DNA from: Candidatus Harpocratesius repetitus
Lineage (GTDB): Archaea; Asgardarchaeota; Lokiarchaeia; Sigyniarchaeales; Promethearchaeaceae
Length of the DNA stretch: 32,000 bases
Assembly: GCA_021498095.1 (NCBI GenBank)
Contig: JAIZWK010000001.1
Span: 2,610,001-2,642,000, forward strand
Direction: 5' to 3'
Both the position numbers and the translations under genes were made by a program. Shown in pieces: positions 17,321 through 27,235 of this stretch (positions are counted from its first letter, which is position 1; every line of letters starts with the position of its first letter). The notes beneath the pieces are model-generated. The model had not been told where the DNA came from. It did no database searches and worked only from the letters and a program-made list of their open reading frames with translations.

Positions 17321-17799
17321 TGAAATTGGCTTTTCGTATTATATTTGCAATTATATCTGCAGCCGCAGGATATTTCTTTTATATTGCTGTTCCAGAGTAC
17401 ATTTTTGCTTTGATCGATCGAGGGCAGGAATATTTAACTTTCATAGATATCAGTATTGGTAATTATGATCAATTACTCTTTTACATAAAAAGCACTGGTT
17501 TTATCATAATAGGTGTAGCGTTTGCATATAATGTGGCTGCTGACAAATCTAAAATTAAGGCTATTTGGCGATTATGTCGTTTATTTCTAAAAATTGTATT
17601 TTGGGGATTATTTCTATTTTTAGATTTTAATACAATTGATCTTTCAGCAAATATATTATCAGATTCTTCTCTAGCTGTAAATATTGATATTGAAAGAGTA
17701 TTTTACTTTACGATGGGTGGAGTGATCTTTGATATAATAATCACAATACTCGACTTTTTGATTGCATTTATTCCAGAAAAACCAAAGGAGGTTAAATAA
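17320..17799 (+). CDS. Hypothetical membrane protein (~4 TM)
   Basis: Start overlaps the previous stop (taatg); several hydrophobic helices. Confidence 0.7.
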   Translation: MKLAFRIIFAIISAAAGYFFYIAVPEYIFALIDRGQEYLTFIDISIGNYDQLLFYIKSTGFIIIGVAFAYNVAADKSKIKAIWRLCRLFLKIVFWGLFLFLDFNTIDLSANILSDSSLAVNIDIERVFYFTMGGVIFDIIITILDFLIAFIPEKPKEVK

Positions 17800-17801
17800 T
17801 C

Positions 17802-18161
17802 ATGTCTTGGATTGATGATATACTAAACTTTTTAGCTCCAATTACACCATATGTTAAGTGGCTAATAGTGTTTATTACTCCTATTTATATTACGTTAGGG
17901 GAAATTTTTGCGAAATTGGCTCTTGCTTTTATCAAAATATTACCTAGTGATTCATATGTTATGTCTTATATAATTGCTGGAGTTTTTGTGGTATTAGGCA
18001 TAGTTTTTGGGGTCATTTCTGAAAAGAATCAGAAAGAAAAAACAGAGGCAGGGTTAGTAGAAAATACTTATGCAGATTCTTATTCATCCACGCAAGATTT
18101 AGATGATTCGGGTGATTCTGAACCAAGTGCGGGTCAAAGCACCTATTTTGGCGGAAATTAA
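17802..18161 (+). CDS. Hypothetical membrane protein (2 TM plus acidic disordered tail)
   Basis: Starts 2 bp after the previous stop. Confidence 0.7.
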   Translation: MSWIDDILNFLAPITPYVKWLIVFITPIYITLGEIFAKLALAFIKILPSDSYVMSYIIAGVFVVLGIVFGVISEKNQKEKTEAGLVENTYADSYSSTQDLDDSGDSEPSAGQSTYFGGN

Positions 18162-18339
18162 TAATTATTTTACTTTTATTTTATATATTTTTTCATATTT
18201 CAATTTTTTAACGATTTAATTTTTATTTATTTATTGAATTCTTAATCTATAATTCAATTGAATATAAATTCAGCAAAAGTTGGAATTATTTTACTTCAAA
18301 AATCATGTACATAATAAACCATTTTTCTTTCATATATTC

Positions 18340-19743
18340 ATGGCTGAAGAAATCTCACCAACTTCTAATCTTCAATCTATATCAACTTTGAATCAAAAGA
18401 AAATATTTCTGAACTTATCTTCTTTTCAAATGCTTGCTATGTTTCGTAGAGGTCTATTTTATACCTTTTTATCAATTTATATGCGATATTACCTCACATT
18501 AAGCGTTACAGCAACTACATTATATGCATCTATACCAATGGTCCTAAGTTCAATTTTTCAGACGTTTGTATGGGGACGGCTGTCAGATAAACTACAACGT
18601 AGACGAACATTTATTATTCTGGGAGAGATTATTGCAGGAATATTGCTTTTGGTCACTTATTGGATTCATGCGAGTGTTTCTGATTTAAAATTAGCGGGAT
18701 ATATAATAATTATTGGATTGTCCATTATTGAAATTTTTTGGTCAATGTCAAACATCAGTTGGAGTGCTTTAGTTAGTGATTTATATCCTTCAAAGGAAAG
18801 AAGTCGTGTAATGGCGCAATTAACTAGTATTGGTGGGATAGGAAGGATAATTGGGATATTTTTAGGGGGAATGCTTTATGATGGCTTTTTCTCTCAGAAA
18901 TTTTATGAAGGATGGGGATTTAGAGAAGGTGCGTTATTCTATATTGCTTCAACAGTAATGTTTCTTTCAGTAATTCCTATGTTTTTCGTACCTGAAGGTG
19001 GAATTAATGTAATCAAATTTCAATATGAATCTGACTCTGTAAAGAATAATAATGAATATAGTGAAGAATTATCAGAATTTCAAATTGAGAATGAAAATGA
19101 AAATGAAAATAATTCCAATTACTTGACCAAAATTTTTATCATTTTCATTATATCACTTGTTTTTATTAATTTTGGGCGAAATTCTATTGCAACCATTTAT
19201 TCACAATATCTTAAAATTCCTGGTCTTTTTTCGCAAGATATAGGTAGTGAAATGATTTCATATATTGCTAATGCGCGTTCATTTGCGACTATTATAATTG
19301 GGATGCTGGTTGGAATTCTAAAGCGAAAATTAGGAATTGCCAAATTACTCCTTTCAGGGATTATTCTCGCAATTATCTTTTTAGGATTAACCACTTTTGC
19401 TTCACTTCCGCTTATTTTCATTGGGAGCCTGTTAGCTGGTATTTCAGAAGTAATTATAATGGCATCATCATACGAATATGCAGCAGCTTTAATCCCAGAG
19501 AAAAAACGGGCTAAATTATTTGGCATCTATAATGCAACTTTTTTCCTTTCTTGGGGCTTAGCAGGAACATTGTTTATAGGACCTGTTGTTGATGCTTTAA
19601 TTTCAATTGGACATTCTCAAATTTATTCCTACAAAATGGCCTTTTATTTATCAATGATTATTACAGCGATTGGATTTGGAATATTCTTAGGATTGTCGTT
19701 ATATAGAATACGAAAAGAAAAACGAATAAAAATCGAAAAATAA
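18340..19743 (+). CDS. MFS transporter
   Basis: About 12 TM; motif A-like WGRLSDKLQRRR, plus SDLYPSKERSRVM and ALIPEKKRAK. ATG 18340 is preferred over TTG 18280. Confidence 0.92.
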   Translation: MAEEISPTSNLQSISTLNQKKIFLNLSSFQMLAMFRRGLFYTFLSIYMRYYLTLSVTATTLYASIPMVLSSIFQTFVWGRLSDKLQRRRTFIILGEIIAGILLLVTYWIHASVSDLKLAGYIIIIGLSIIEIFWSMSNISWSALVSDLYPSKERSRVMAQLTSIGGIGRIIGIFLGGMLYDGFFSQKFYEGWGFREGALFYIASTVMFLSVIPMFFVPEGGINVIKFQYESDSVKNNNEYSEELSEFQIENENENENNSNYLTKIFIIFIISLVFINFGRNSIATIYSQYLKIPGLFSQDIGSEMISYIANARSFATIIIGMLVGILKRKLGIAKLLLSGIILAIIFLGLTTFASLPLIFIGSLLAGISEVIIMASSYEYAAALIPEKKRAKLFGIYNATFFLSWGLAGTLFIGPVVDALISIGHSQIYSYKMAFYLSMIITAIGFGIFLGLSLYRIRKEKRIKIEK

Positions 19744-19763
19744 ACAACTAAAAAAAGTATCCT

Positions 19764-22700
19764 TTATTTTTTCATAAAATTCTTATCTTCTTCTTTTTTT
19801 AAAGCTTTTACTGGTTCTATATCTTTAGATTTTATTAATTCATCCAATACTTCTGGATCGGTTGATGGACTATGGATTATTCGAGAAAGAACTTCTGCAG
19901 GGGCTGAGGATTTAATTGGTTCAACACTTTCTTTAGGTTTTGTTTCCTCTATTTTCTTTGATTCTTTTTCTTTTATTTTTCCTATGTTTTTCTCATCTGA
20001 TGCAGTTACAAATTTATTTTTCTTAGGAGGAATTAATTGTGCTTTTGTTCGTTTATCACTTTCAGTAATAGCTTTCTCGATAGTTGCGTTTTTTATGCCT
20101 AATATTGGTGTAATTGTATTAATATATGCAGATTGGAAAAGATCTCTGCGAGTTCTAAATTGTGCATTAACGCTTTTACCTTTACTAACCCCTTTCCGAA
20201 CTGAACGTAGTTTACGAATTATTTTTGGATATTTAAAGTATTTTTGATATGCTACTAAATATGAAGCAAGAATCGCTAAAGTTCCTAAGAATAAATATCC
20301 TGTCCATGTAGGTAATCCTGCACTATCAGGTCGAATAAAAGTTACTGTAATGATAAATTGCTCAAACTGATAATCTGGACCATTATAAACTGTAATAAAT
20401 ATTGGATAAACTCCTTCTGGTATGTTTCGAGAATCTTTTTCTTGAAAATCAATTGCATAAACTCCAGGAGAAATTTCTTGCATTTCTCCTTGTCCAAATT
20501 CCCACGAATAAGTAACCCTGCAATTTTCAACAACACCACCAAAATCAGTATTTTCAATGCTAATATTTACATTAAAATTACTTCCTGGCGATACAGTAAT
20601 TGAATTGTTTGCTAATGGAGTAGATATTTTTGTTTGAATAGGTTGAATAATTAAGCGGAAAGAAAATATCTTATCTTCATAAAATTGTTTTTCAGCAAAT
20701 ATTGAGATAACAAATGCCCCTAATCCAAGATGTGTAGAGTTTATTTGAAATTCTGTAGTTGAATTTTCTAGATTTTCTTGCTTATATGCATTACTAGAAA
20801 TTCCAATAAGATTAAAGTCCATTTCTTCTATGGTAGCATTGGTGTTATAATCTAGTGCGTTTACGGAAATTTTAATAGATCCGGTTATTGGAATTGAAAT
20901 TTCATCAGATTGCAAAATATTCCATGTTTGATTATTAAAAGAAAAATTAATGTTTGCTTCTCGAGGTGTGATTTCTACTTCAATTACTCGAGATACATAA
21001 TTATAATTTTCTTTTTCAATGATTAGTGTAATATAATGAATACCTATAACCATAGTAGAAGTATTTATAAATATTTCATGCCTAAATCCAGTTATCTTAG
21101 TAAAATATATAGAATCGGATAATCCTGCTAAGGAATAATTTAAACTTTTGACATATTCTGAAGAATTCTGATCAAAAAGATAAAATGAAATATTAAGTAT
21201 ATTTTGTATTGGAACTGATATTTGTGGAGTTATTGTTGCATTCTTTCCGTTTAAGTATAAAAATAACTGAAAATCCCGAGGTGTTACCTCTATTTGTATT
21301 TTTTTAAACCCTGTTTGATAATTTTCTCGAGAAATATAAACTGATAAGACATGAACACCAATACCTAAAGTAGAAGTATTCAAAATAAAATGGTATTCAT
21401 CTAAATTTTGAGTAAAATTGTAGTCATTTTCATTTAATTCTGAACCCAAAAGCAATCCTTCACCATTATCAATAATTTTAGTGGTATTTTCATCTTTGAA
21501 TATTGATGTAATATTAATTTCAGCACCATACATTAATGAGATTAAAGGAGCAGTATTGACATCGATGCCATTTACCCATACATTGAATAATGTTGGCCGT
21601 CCTTCAATATATATTTCTATTACTAAGTTTTTAGTTAAATATAGTCCTTGACCAAGAACGGTAATATCCATATAATATTTTTGACCAGAATGAGTATTAG
21701 TCGTATTGAAATAAATTGAGTATATGCCATTGCCATCATCAGTAATATTAACATTTGAAAATGAATCAAGCCAATCAATTTGGAATTCTGCACCTGGAAT
21801 TCCGGATCTACTTATTAATTCGGTATAGTTTAATTGTAAAATAATAGAAGAATTCCAAGGAACATTAATTGAATATGCATTTATAGGTTCTAATCTTGTC
21901 TCAATAGGAGTTTCTTGATGAATGACTGTATATGTTACATTTAGAAAAACTTCATTAATCATTAAGGTTACATTCTCTGAAAGTTCAAACGTATCAGCTA
22001 AATACAATTCAATTTTAACTGAAACATTTTGATCCACATCTGTCACTAAAGAAGAAACATCAAATCCAGCACCTCCTTTAACATGTTGCGGAGATGTGGA
22101 AGTATTTATCAATTTGATAACTTCTGTATGTAAATAATGATTTAAATAGATTCGAATTTCACTATTTTGAGAAGAGCTAGACCATGGTTTATCAACGTAA
22201 TACGTAAAATCCAAAGTGGCATTATTAATAATTATTTGATCACCAGGATATAAAGATGAATTAATCATTTTTCCAGTTTGAGACCAACTGATAGATGTAA
22301 ATTCATCTATTCGTTTTGTATATGAAAAATTCATTGAAAAAGATTTAATTCGAAGCATATTCCAATAATCATAATCTGTTGCAGCGTTATCTTCACATTT
22401 TATATCCATTCCAATAATAACAGTAAAATTATGAGAATCAACAGCCAACACTTGGCTAATATAAAATTTCATATTAATTTCTGAAACTGCTTCAAGAAAT
22501 GTATCTGCTAAAGTCAGGATAGAAGGAGAATTTTGGCCTAATGTAGTTGTTTTATATGAGGCAATTGTATATATAGTGGATTGATTTAGATCGGCGACCC
22601 TTACATAAAATTTCACGTAGTCATAGGTTACATGTTGAGAAACTAGCTGATTATTCTCTCCTGCAATTTCACCATTATCAGCTGGAGTATCAATATTAAT

Positions 22701-23279
22701 ATCTACAGAAGCATTAACAACACCTTGCACTGAAGCAGAAGTAATTGTATAATCTGTCATATCTTCTGGAATGCTAAAATTATGAACCCACTGAATACTC
22801 GGAGTTTGCACAGCCGTTTCTCTCCAGCTGTGATTTGCCCAGAGTCCAAAAGAATCAATTCCGAAAGAAGGACTAGGATCATCCCAAGACCATTCTGGAT
22901 AGGCAGGAAATTCGGGATTTTGTTGAGATGACCAATCAGATGAATTTATCGGATCTGCATTATAGGTGAATTGTTTTACATCTCCAACAACTTTAAAATT
23001 CGCATGATTTCCACTTAAATTATATTCTGTATCATTTAAATCTCCTTGTTTTTCACCAACCCAAGGTGAATCTATCCCAACTAGACCAAAGGTTGGATCA
23101 CGAATTAATTGTCGAGTAATAATTGTTTGATTTTCAATAATAGAATCACCTTGCATAGTTGGATGCATGTTTATACTAGGCGTTATCGGTTTTTCAAACA
23201 TTTTTAAAAAAGCTGGTAAAAAGATTGAAGATAACATAAGTGCCAATATAAAAATATTTTTACTTTTTTTTAATTTCAT
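19764..23279 (-). CDS. Large surface glycoprotein with Ig-like repeats and a Loki-CTERM-like anchor
   Basis: N-terminal signal/TM; repeated ~100-aa beta units (NTxxLGxGxxxIxIxxEKxxY); many N-x-S/T sequons; C-terminal TM followed by YQKYFKYPKIIRKLRSVRK and a charged cytoplasmic tail. Confidence 0.8.
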   Translation of the reverse strand: MKLKKSKNIFILALMLSSIFLPAFLKMFEKPITPSINMHPTMQGDSIIENQTIITRQLIRDPTFGLVGIDSPWVGEKQGDLNDTEYNLSGNHANFKVVGDVKQFTYNADPINSSDWSSQQNPEFPAYPEWSWDDPSPSFGIDSFGLWANHSWRETAVQTPSIQWVHNFSIPEDMTDYTITSASVQGVVNASVDINIDTPADNGEIAGENNQLVSQHVTYDYVKFYVRVADLNQSTIYTIASYKTTTLGQNSPSILTLADTFLEAVSEINMKFYISQVLAVDSHNFTVIIGMDIKCEDNAATDYDYWNMLRIKSFSMNFSYTKRIDEFTSISWSQTGKMINSSLYPGDQIIINNATLDFTYYVDKPWSSSSQNSEIRIYLNHYLHTEVIKLINTSTSPQHVKGGAGFDVSSLVTDVDQNVSVKIELYLADTFELSENVTLMINEVFLNVTYTVIHQETPIETRLEPINAYSINVPWNSSIILQLNYTELISRSGIPGAEFQIDWLDSFSNVNITDDGNGIYSIYFNTTNTHSGQKYYMDITVLGQGLYLTKNLVIEIYIEGRPTLFNVWVNGIDVNTAPLISLMYGAEINITSIFKDENTTKIIDNGEGLLLGSELNENDYNFTQNLDEYHFILNTSTLGIGVHVLSVYISRENYQTGFKKIQIEVTPRDFQLFLYLNGKNATITPQISVPIQNILNISFYLFDQNSSEYVKSLNYSLAGLSDSIYFTKITGFRHEIFINTSTMVIGIHYITLIIEKENYNYVSRVIEVEITPREANINFSFNNQTWNILQSDEISIPITGSIKISVNALDYNTNATIEEMDFNLIGISSNAYKQENLENSTTEFQINSTHLGLGAFVISIFAEKQFYEDKIFSFRLIIQPIQTKISTPLANNSITVSPGSNFNVNISIENTDFGGVVENCRVTYSWEFGQGEMQEISPGVYAIDFQEKDSRNIPEGVYPIFITVYNGPDYQFEQFIITVTFIRPDSAGLPTWTGYLFLGTLAILASYLVAYQKYFKYPKIIRKLRSVRKGVSKGKSVNAQFRTRRDLFQSAYINTITPILGIKNATIEKAITESDKRTKAQLIPPKKNKFVTASDEKNIGKIKEKESKKIEETKPKESVEPIKSSAPAEVLSRIIHSPSTDPEVLDELIKSKDIEPVKALKKEEDKNFMKK

Positions 23280-23280
23280 A

Positions 23281-23293
23281 ATTCACCCTCCTT
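23281..23293 (-). promoter_or_regulatory. Strong Shine-Dalgarno (aaggagggtgaat) for the surface-protein gene, overlapping the upstream stop
   Basis: Close to the archaeal GGAGGTGA consensus and just upstream of ATG 23279. Confidence 0.6.
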
Positions 23294-25646
23294 AATTTAA
23301 AGTCAATTCACGCCAATTTTCAAGGCGTTTGAAAATAATTTTTCTGCGAAATGCATCTATTTGGGTTTGATGTTGAAGATCTTTAGACCAGTTTGTTATT
23401 TCAGAAACCAACCGAGTAAATTTAGTTTTACCTTCATATAGTTTAATCAATAGTTCTAATTCATTAACTAAATCTTTTGCATCAGTTTTTGGTAAAATAT
23501 TTTTAATAAAATCAATCTTTTCGATAATTTTCTTGTATTCTGGTGATGATTCCGCCCGCACAAATATTGCATTTGAAATTATCTCACTTTCTCCTTTTGG
23601 TATCTTGTTTTTTTCAGTTTTTTCCGTTTTTTTAGTTTTTCCAATTTTTCCAATTTTTCCTATCTTCCCCACATTTACAGAATCAATTTGTTTATTTAGT
23701 TGTGATATTCGTTCTGATGGTTTTACAAGTGATGATTTTGATATTTTTTTAAGATTAATTTCTTTTTTAGGAACAGTAACTTTTTTGGGTAAAGAAACCC
23801 TTTTAGGAGTAATTTTATTAAGTTCTATATGATTTGTTTTCATTTCTTTTGTTTTATTTTTACTATCTTTGTTCTTATTTTCCTTGTTAAGCTCTAGACT
23901 TGCTAAATCTTGGAGTTTTGAGACAGGAGATGTATCAAATTTTACTGAAATTCCTTTTAATGGTGTGGGTGTGAGTGTGGGTGTGGTTGATTTTTTTATT
24001 TTTGAGACCGATTTTGCTTTTATTCCATTAAACTTTGATGAAGTAATACAATTTGCTTTAATATTTTGATTGATTGCGCTTTGATTATTTCGATATTCTA
24101 TTTTCCGGACTGTTGATGGAGTTTTTACTTTAAATCCTTCTGATAATTCCTTATGGGCACTAATCCAAGCATCTTCTAAGATAGGAACAAAGATTTTAAT
24201 ATGTTCTTCCAAAACACTGCCAACAGCAGCAACCTCCAAAGCACTTGTTTCTATATTATTGTGAATTGGTCCATTACCTTTACCTGAATTGGGATTATTA
24301 ACAATCCCTAAGATTATTTCTTCATAATCTCTATGAATTCCCCAAAGATTTTCTACCTCTCTATCTCGATAAGATATATTTACTTTACTATCTAATTTAT
24401 GCATTATCATCTGATGAGTTGGATCTTTTTGATTTATTGATGCACATATTCTTATATTTAGGTGATTTGGTAAATTCATTAAAAGATCAACATCTAAATC
24501 GTTTAATCTTGGTAATACTATCAAAGCTTTCATTTTTGTTCGCTGTAACATTTCTAAAATTTGTGCCTGCATCCCTTCTGGACTTCTAATAAACCAAACA
24601 TCTTGCATGGAATAATTAGATTTTGCCATTGCTTCTTGCCAAAAACGATTCAAAATAGATAATTCTAAATCAATTCTCTGCTGAATTTTACCTAAGATAT
24701 CATCTAAAGTTCGAGTTAACTTCTTTGAATAAGTTTCCTTAAGGTTTCCAAATGAATCAGAAACGTTTCCTGAAATTGAATTTAGTGTGGATTGGGTAGA
24801 TTCTAATGTTATTCCAAATTTTTTTATTACTGAATTAAAAGCATCCCTAATTTGGATCTCTATTTCGTCAGCATTATCAGGTATCTGCATAATTTCATCA
24901 ATTGTCTCTTCCAACACTCTTGTAAGTTTTCGCTCAAAATTTAATTTCATTTCACTTTTTACTGATTTTAAATGAGCATCTATACTTCTCTCAATCATTT
25001 GTTCTACAGTATTTACAATAATACCTAACTGCAACTTTTCGAGATTTATATGGATTTTTTCCTTTAAATTCCCAAATTCAACCATTATTGAATCAAAATA
25101 GTTATCTAATATAGCAATACTTCGATCTCGTAGCATTTTTAATTTAAGTACAGTTTGTTTCTGGTTTTTTAATCGTTGAAGAATTTTATTAAGAGATCTC
25201 TGTTGATCAACAAGCTCTAATGATAGTCTTTGCTTCATTTCATGCATTTCTTGAACAAATTCAAGTAAATTATGTAATCCTTTTTCGTTATTTGAGTTAC
25301 TTTTTAAAATTGATCTTTTTAATTCAACTGGCGTTCTTTTTCTCAAATCATTGATCATTGCTGTGAATTGAGATAATTGGGCAGTTAAGGCAACATAAGG
25401 AGGTAGTGCTTGGAAATGTTCAATTTGTCCAGGAATAATTTTTAATAAATTTTTAGAAACCAATGAATTAATGCTTGTTTGAATAATTTCTGTAGGTAAT
25501 GAAGTTATTATGGCGATTTCACCTTTAGAGACTGCCCCTTTATCTTTAATTTGCTGATATATCTCGATTTCTTGGGTTGATAACCCTGCATTTAACAATG
25601 CTTCAAAAATCATAGAATTTTCTCTTCTTTCTTTCATAAAATTCAT
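23292..25646 (-). CDS. TrmB-like protein: N-terminal wHTH, long helical insertion, PLD-like domain, Lys-rich linker and C-terminal helical domain
   Basis: GLSTQEIEIY...EIAIITSLP...LVSKNLLKIIPGQIEHFQALPP matches the TrmB N-terminus; DVWFIRSPEGMQAQILEML...IVLP matches the TrmB PLD-like domain start. Confidence 0.7.
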   Translation of the reverse strand: MNFMKERRENSMIFEALLNAGLSTQEIEIYQQIKDKGAVSKGEIAIITSLPTEIIQTSINSLVSKNLLKIIPGQIEHFQALPPYVALTAQLSQFTAMINDLRKRTPVELKRSILKSNSNNEKGLHNLLEFVQEMHEMKQRLSLELVDQQRSLNKILQRLKNQKQTVLKLKMLRDRSIAILDNYFDSIMVEFGNLKEKIHINLEKLQLGIIVNTVEQMIERSIDAHLKSVKSEMKLNFERKLTRVLEETIDEIMQIPDNADEIEIQIRDAFNSVIKKFGITLESTQSTLNSISGNVSDSFGNLKETYSKKLTRTLDDILGKIQQRIDLELSILNRFWQEAMAKSNYSMQDVWFIRSPEGMQAQILEMLQRTKMKALIVLPRLNDLDVDLLMNLPNHLNIRICASINQKDPTHQMIMHKLDSKVNISYRDREVENLWGIHRDYEEIILGIVNNPNSGKGNGPIHNNIETSALEVAAVGSVLEEHIKIFVPILEDAWISAHKELSEGFKVKTPSTVRKIEYRNNQSAINQNIKANCITSSKFNGIKAKSVSKIKKSTTPTLTPTPLKGISVKFDTSPVSKLQDLASLELNKENKNKDSKNKTKEMKTNHIELNKITPKRVSLPKKVTVPKKEINLKKISKSSLVKPSERISQLNKQIDSVNVGKIGKIGKIGKTKKTEKTEKNKIPKGESEIISNAIFVRAESSPEYKKIIEKIDFIKNILPKTDAKDLVNELELLIKLYEGKTKFTRLVSEITNWSKDLQHQTQIDAFRRKIIFKRLENWRELTLN

Positions 25647-25765
25647 TTTTTACATCCCTTCTCTTATTTTATTTAAATTTTCATGAATTTTTTTTTTTTA
25701 TTTCGCTCTTTTTATTTCCTTTTCCATTTTTTGTTGGTTTTTTATATCATTCTCCATATATTTCC

Positions 25766-27037
25766 TTAAAATTCGATCTGTTCTTCATATGTCAATTCAA
25801 GCAAGTTTAATGCTAGTTCACCTATCTCATTGGTTATAGGTGCTACTAATGATTTTTCATCTATTGCATCAGGTTCAATTGCTGTTCTATCCGCAATATT
25901 ATTAATCAAGTATTCCGGAAACACAATCAAAGGAGTTATCTCACTAATCATACATACCCATTCATTTCCATGTCTATCTGGAATCAATCGAATTATATTA
26001 AAAGTTATTAAACGATCAAGAATTTCTCTCATTTTCGAAAATTGTGAAATTACTCGTGGAATTTTCTTCAGAGGATATGCTCGATTTCTTAAAAGTGATA
26101 AAAAATCAAATGTATCTGGTTCTAATAACAATTGTGCAAAAATATTACTTTCCTCATCCATCTTTTCAAATGGAGAATAATGTTCATAAAATTTTTTTAA
26201 TTCTTTCAAATAATTTTCCTTTATTGTTGAATGTCTTTGTAAATTAGCAATAACTTCTTTTGGAGGTGTTCGAATCAAAGCAATATCTTTTATTAAGAAT
26301 ATATATTCTCCTTGACCGCGAATAATTCCCGTTTTTTTGTCTTTGACTCCTTTGACCCAATCTCTTCTAACCAAATTTAATTCTACAAAAGGTTTGAGTA
26401 AAACATCAATATTAACGTTATGCTTGTAGTGTTCTAATTTTTCTTGAAGATTATTTCTGGAAATCGGAGCTTTTCTCAATAGTTGCAAACAGAATTCACG
26501 TTCATAAGTTGCAAAAATAAGTGCTGCTTTTTGAAGTTTGGTTAAATTATTGAATCGATCCATTTGGAAAACGCAGAATTTTATTTCTTCTAATATTTTA
26601 TTTTGAATTTTTGTAGAAGCTTGGAAATTACGCAGTTCAGATAGAGAAATGTTATCAAATTTGATTTCTAAGCGAGAAACAAACATTTGAAATAAATTTT
26701 CTACAATTTCAACTTCAGTATTCCATTCAAAAAGTGCAACTGTCAAGAACTGTAGATTATTATCTGTTTTTTGATAATGTGACAAAAATTTGTAAGAACT
26801 ATTTTTTAACCGTCCTGAAATTGTGCTTGAAACTTTATTATTATGAGTTTTTGAAGAATATCCAGCGGTGTGTTCATAAAATAGGCGAAATTTTTCTTGT
26901 TTTAAAATTAGTTTTTCAATTTGTTCACCCTCGTAATCCATTCCATGAGAACGAGCAACAATTCTAAATTTTGGTTCAATTTCACCCATTTCAGTTTGAT
27001 TCAAATCAAATTGATAAGTTATAATTCCAATAACCAT
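25766..27037 (-). CDS. Asgard-type protein, putative longin/uDENN-like N-terminus plus two winged-helix-like C-terminal domains
   Basis: 423-aa ATG ORF with RBS aagggg. The C-terminal half has two helix-helix-helix-wing-like segments (LLRKAPISR...LVELNLVRRDWVKG; LLRNRAYP...LITFNIIRLIPD). The domain call is tentative. Confidence 0.45.
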   Translation of the reverse strand: MVIGIITYQFDLNQTEMGEIEPKFRIVARSHGMDYEGEQIEKLILKQEKFRLFYEHTAGYSSKTHNNKVSSTISGRLKNSSYKFLSHYQKTDNNLQFLTVALFEWNTEVEIVENLFQMFVSRLEIKFDNISLSELRNFQASTKIQNKILEEIKFCVFQMDRFNNLTKLQKAALIFATYEREFCLQLLRKAPISRNNLQEKLEHYKHNVNIDVLLKPFVELNLVRRDWVKGVKDKKTGIIRGQGEYIFLIKDIALIRTPPKEVIANLQRHSTIKENYLKELKKFYEHYSPFEKMDEESNIFAQLLLEPDTFDFLSLLRNRAYPLKKIPRVISQFSKMREILDRLITFNIIRLIPDRHGNEWVCMISEITPLIVFPEYLINNIADRTAIEPDAIDEKSLVAPITNEIGELALNLLELTYEEQIEF

Positions 27038-27235
27038 TTAACTAATTTCCCCCTTAAACAGCAAACTCTTTAAACTGAGCAAAACGATATTTTAACCGAT
27101 TTTTGCTTGGCACATTTGCCATGCAATAAATAACGCTACATAATAATTTAAAGATTTGGAAAAATTTTTTTTTCTTTTATGCGAATAGAAGGAAATTAAT
27201 CAAGTAAAAATTGTAATTATTAAGATTCTCGACGT

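Noticed and set aside
27040-27235. Possible structured RNA or riboswitch upstream of the longin-WH gene
   Set aside because: Only short, weak stems (gcaaaa/ttttgc; ggca/tgcc) and no recognisable family consensus.
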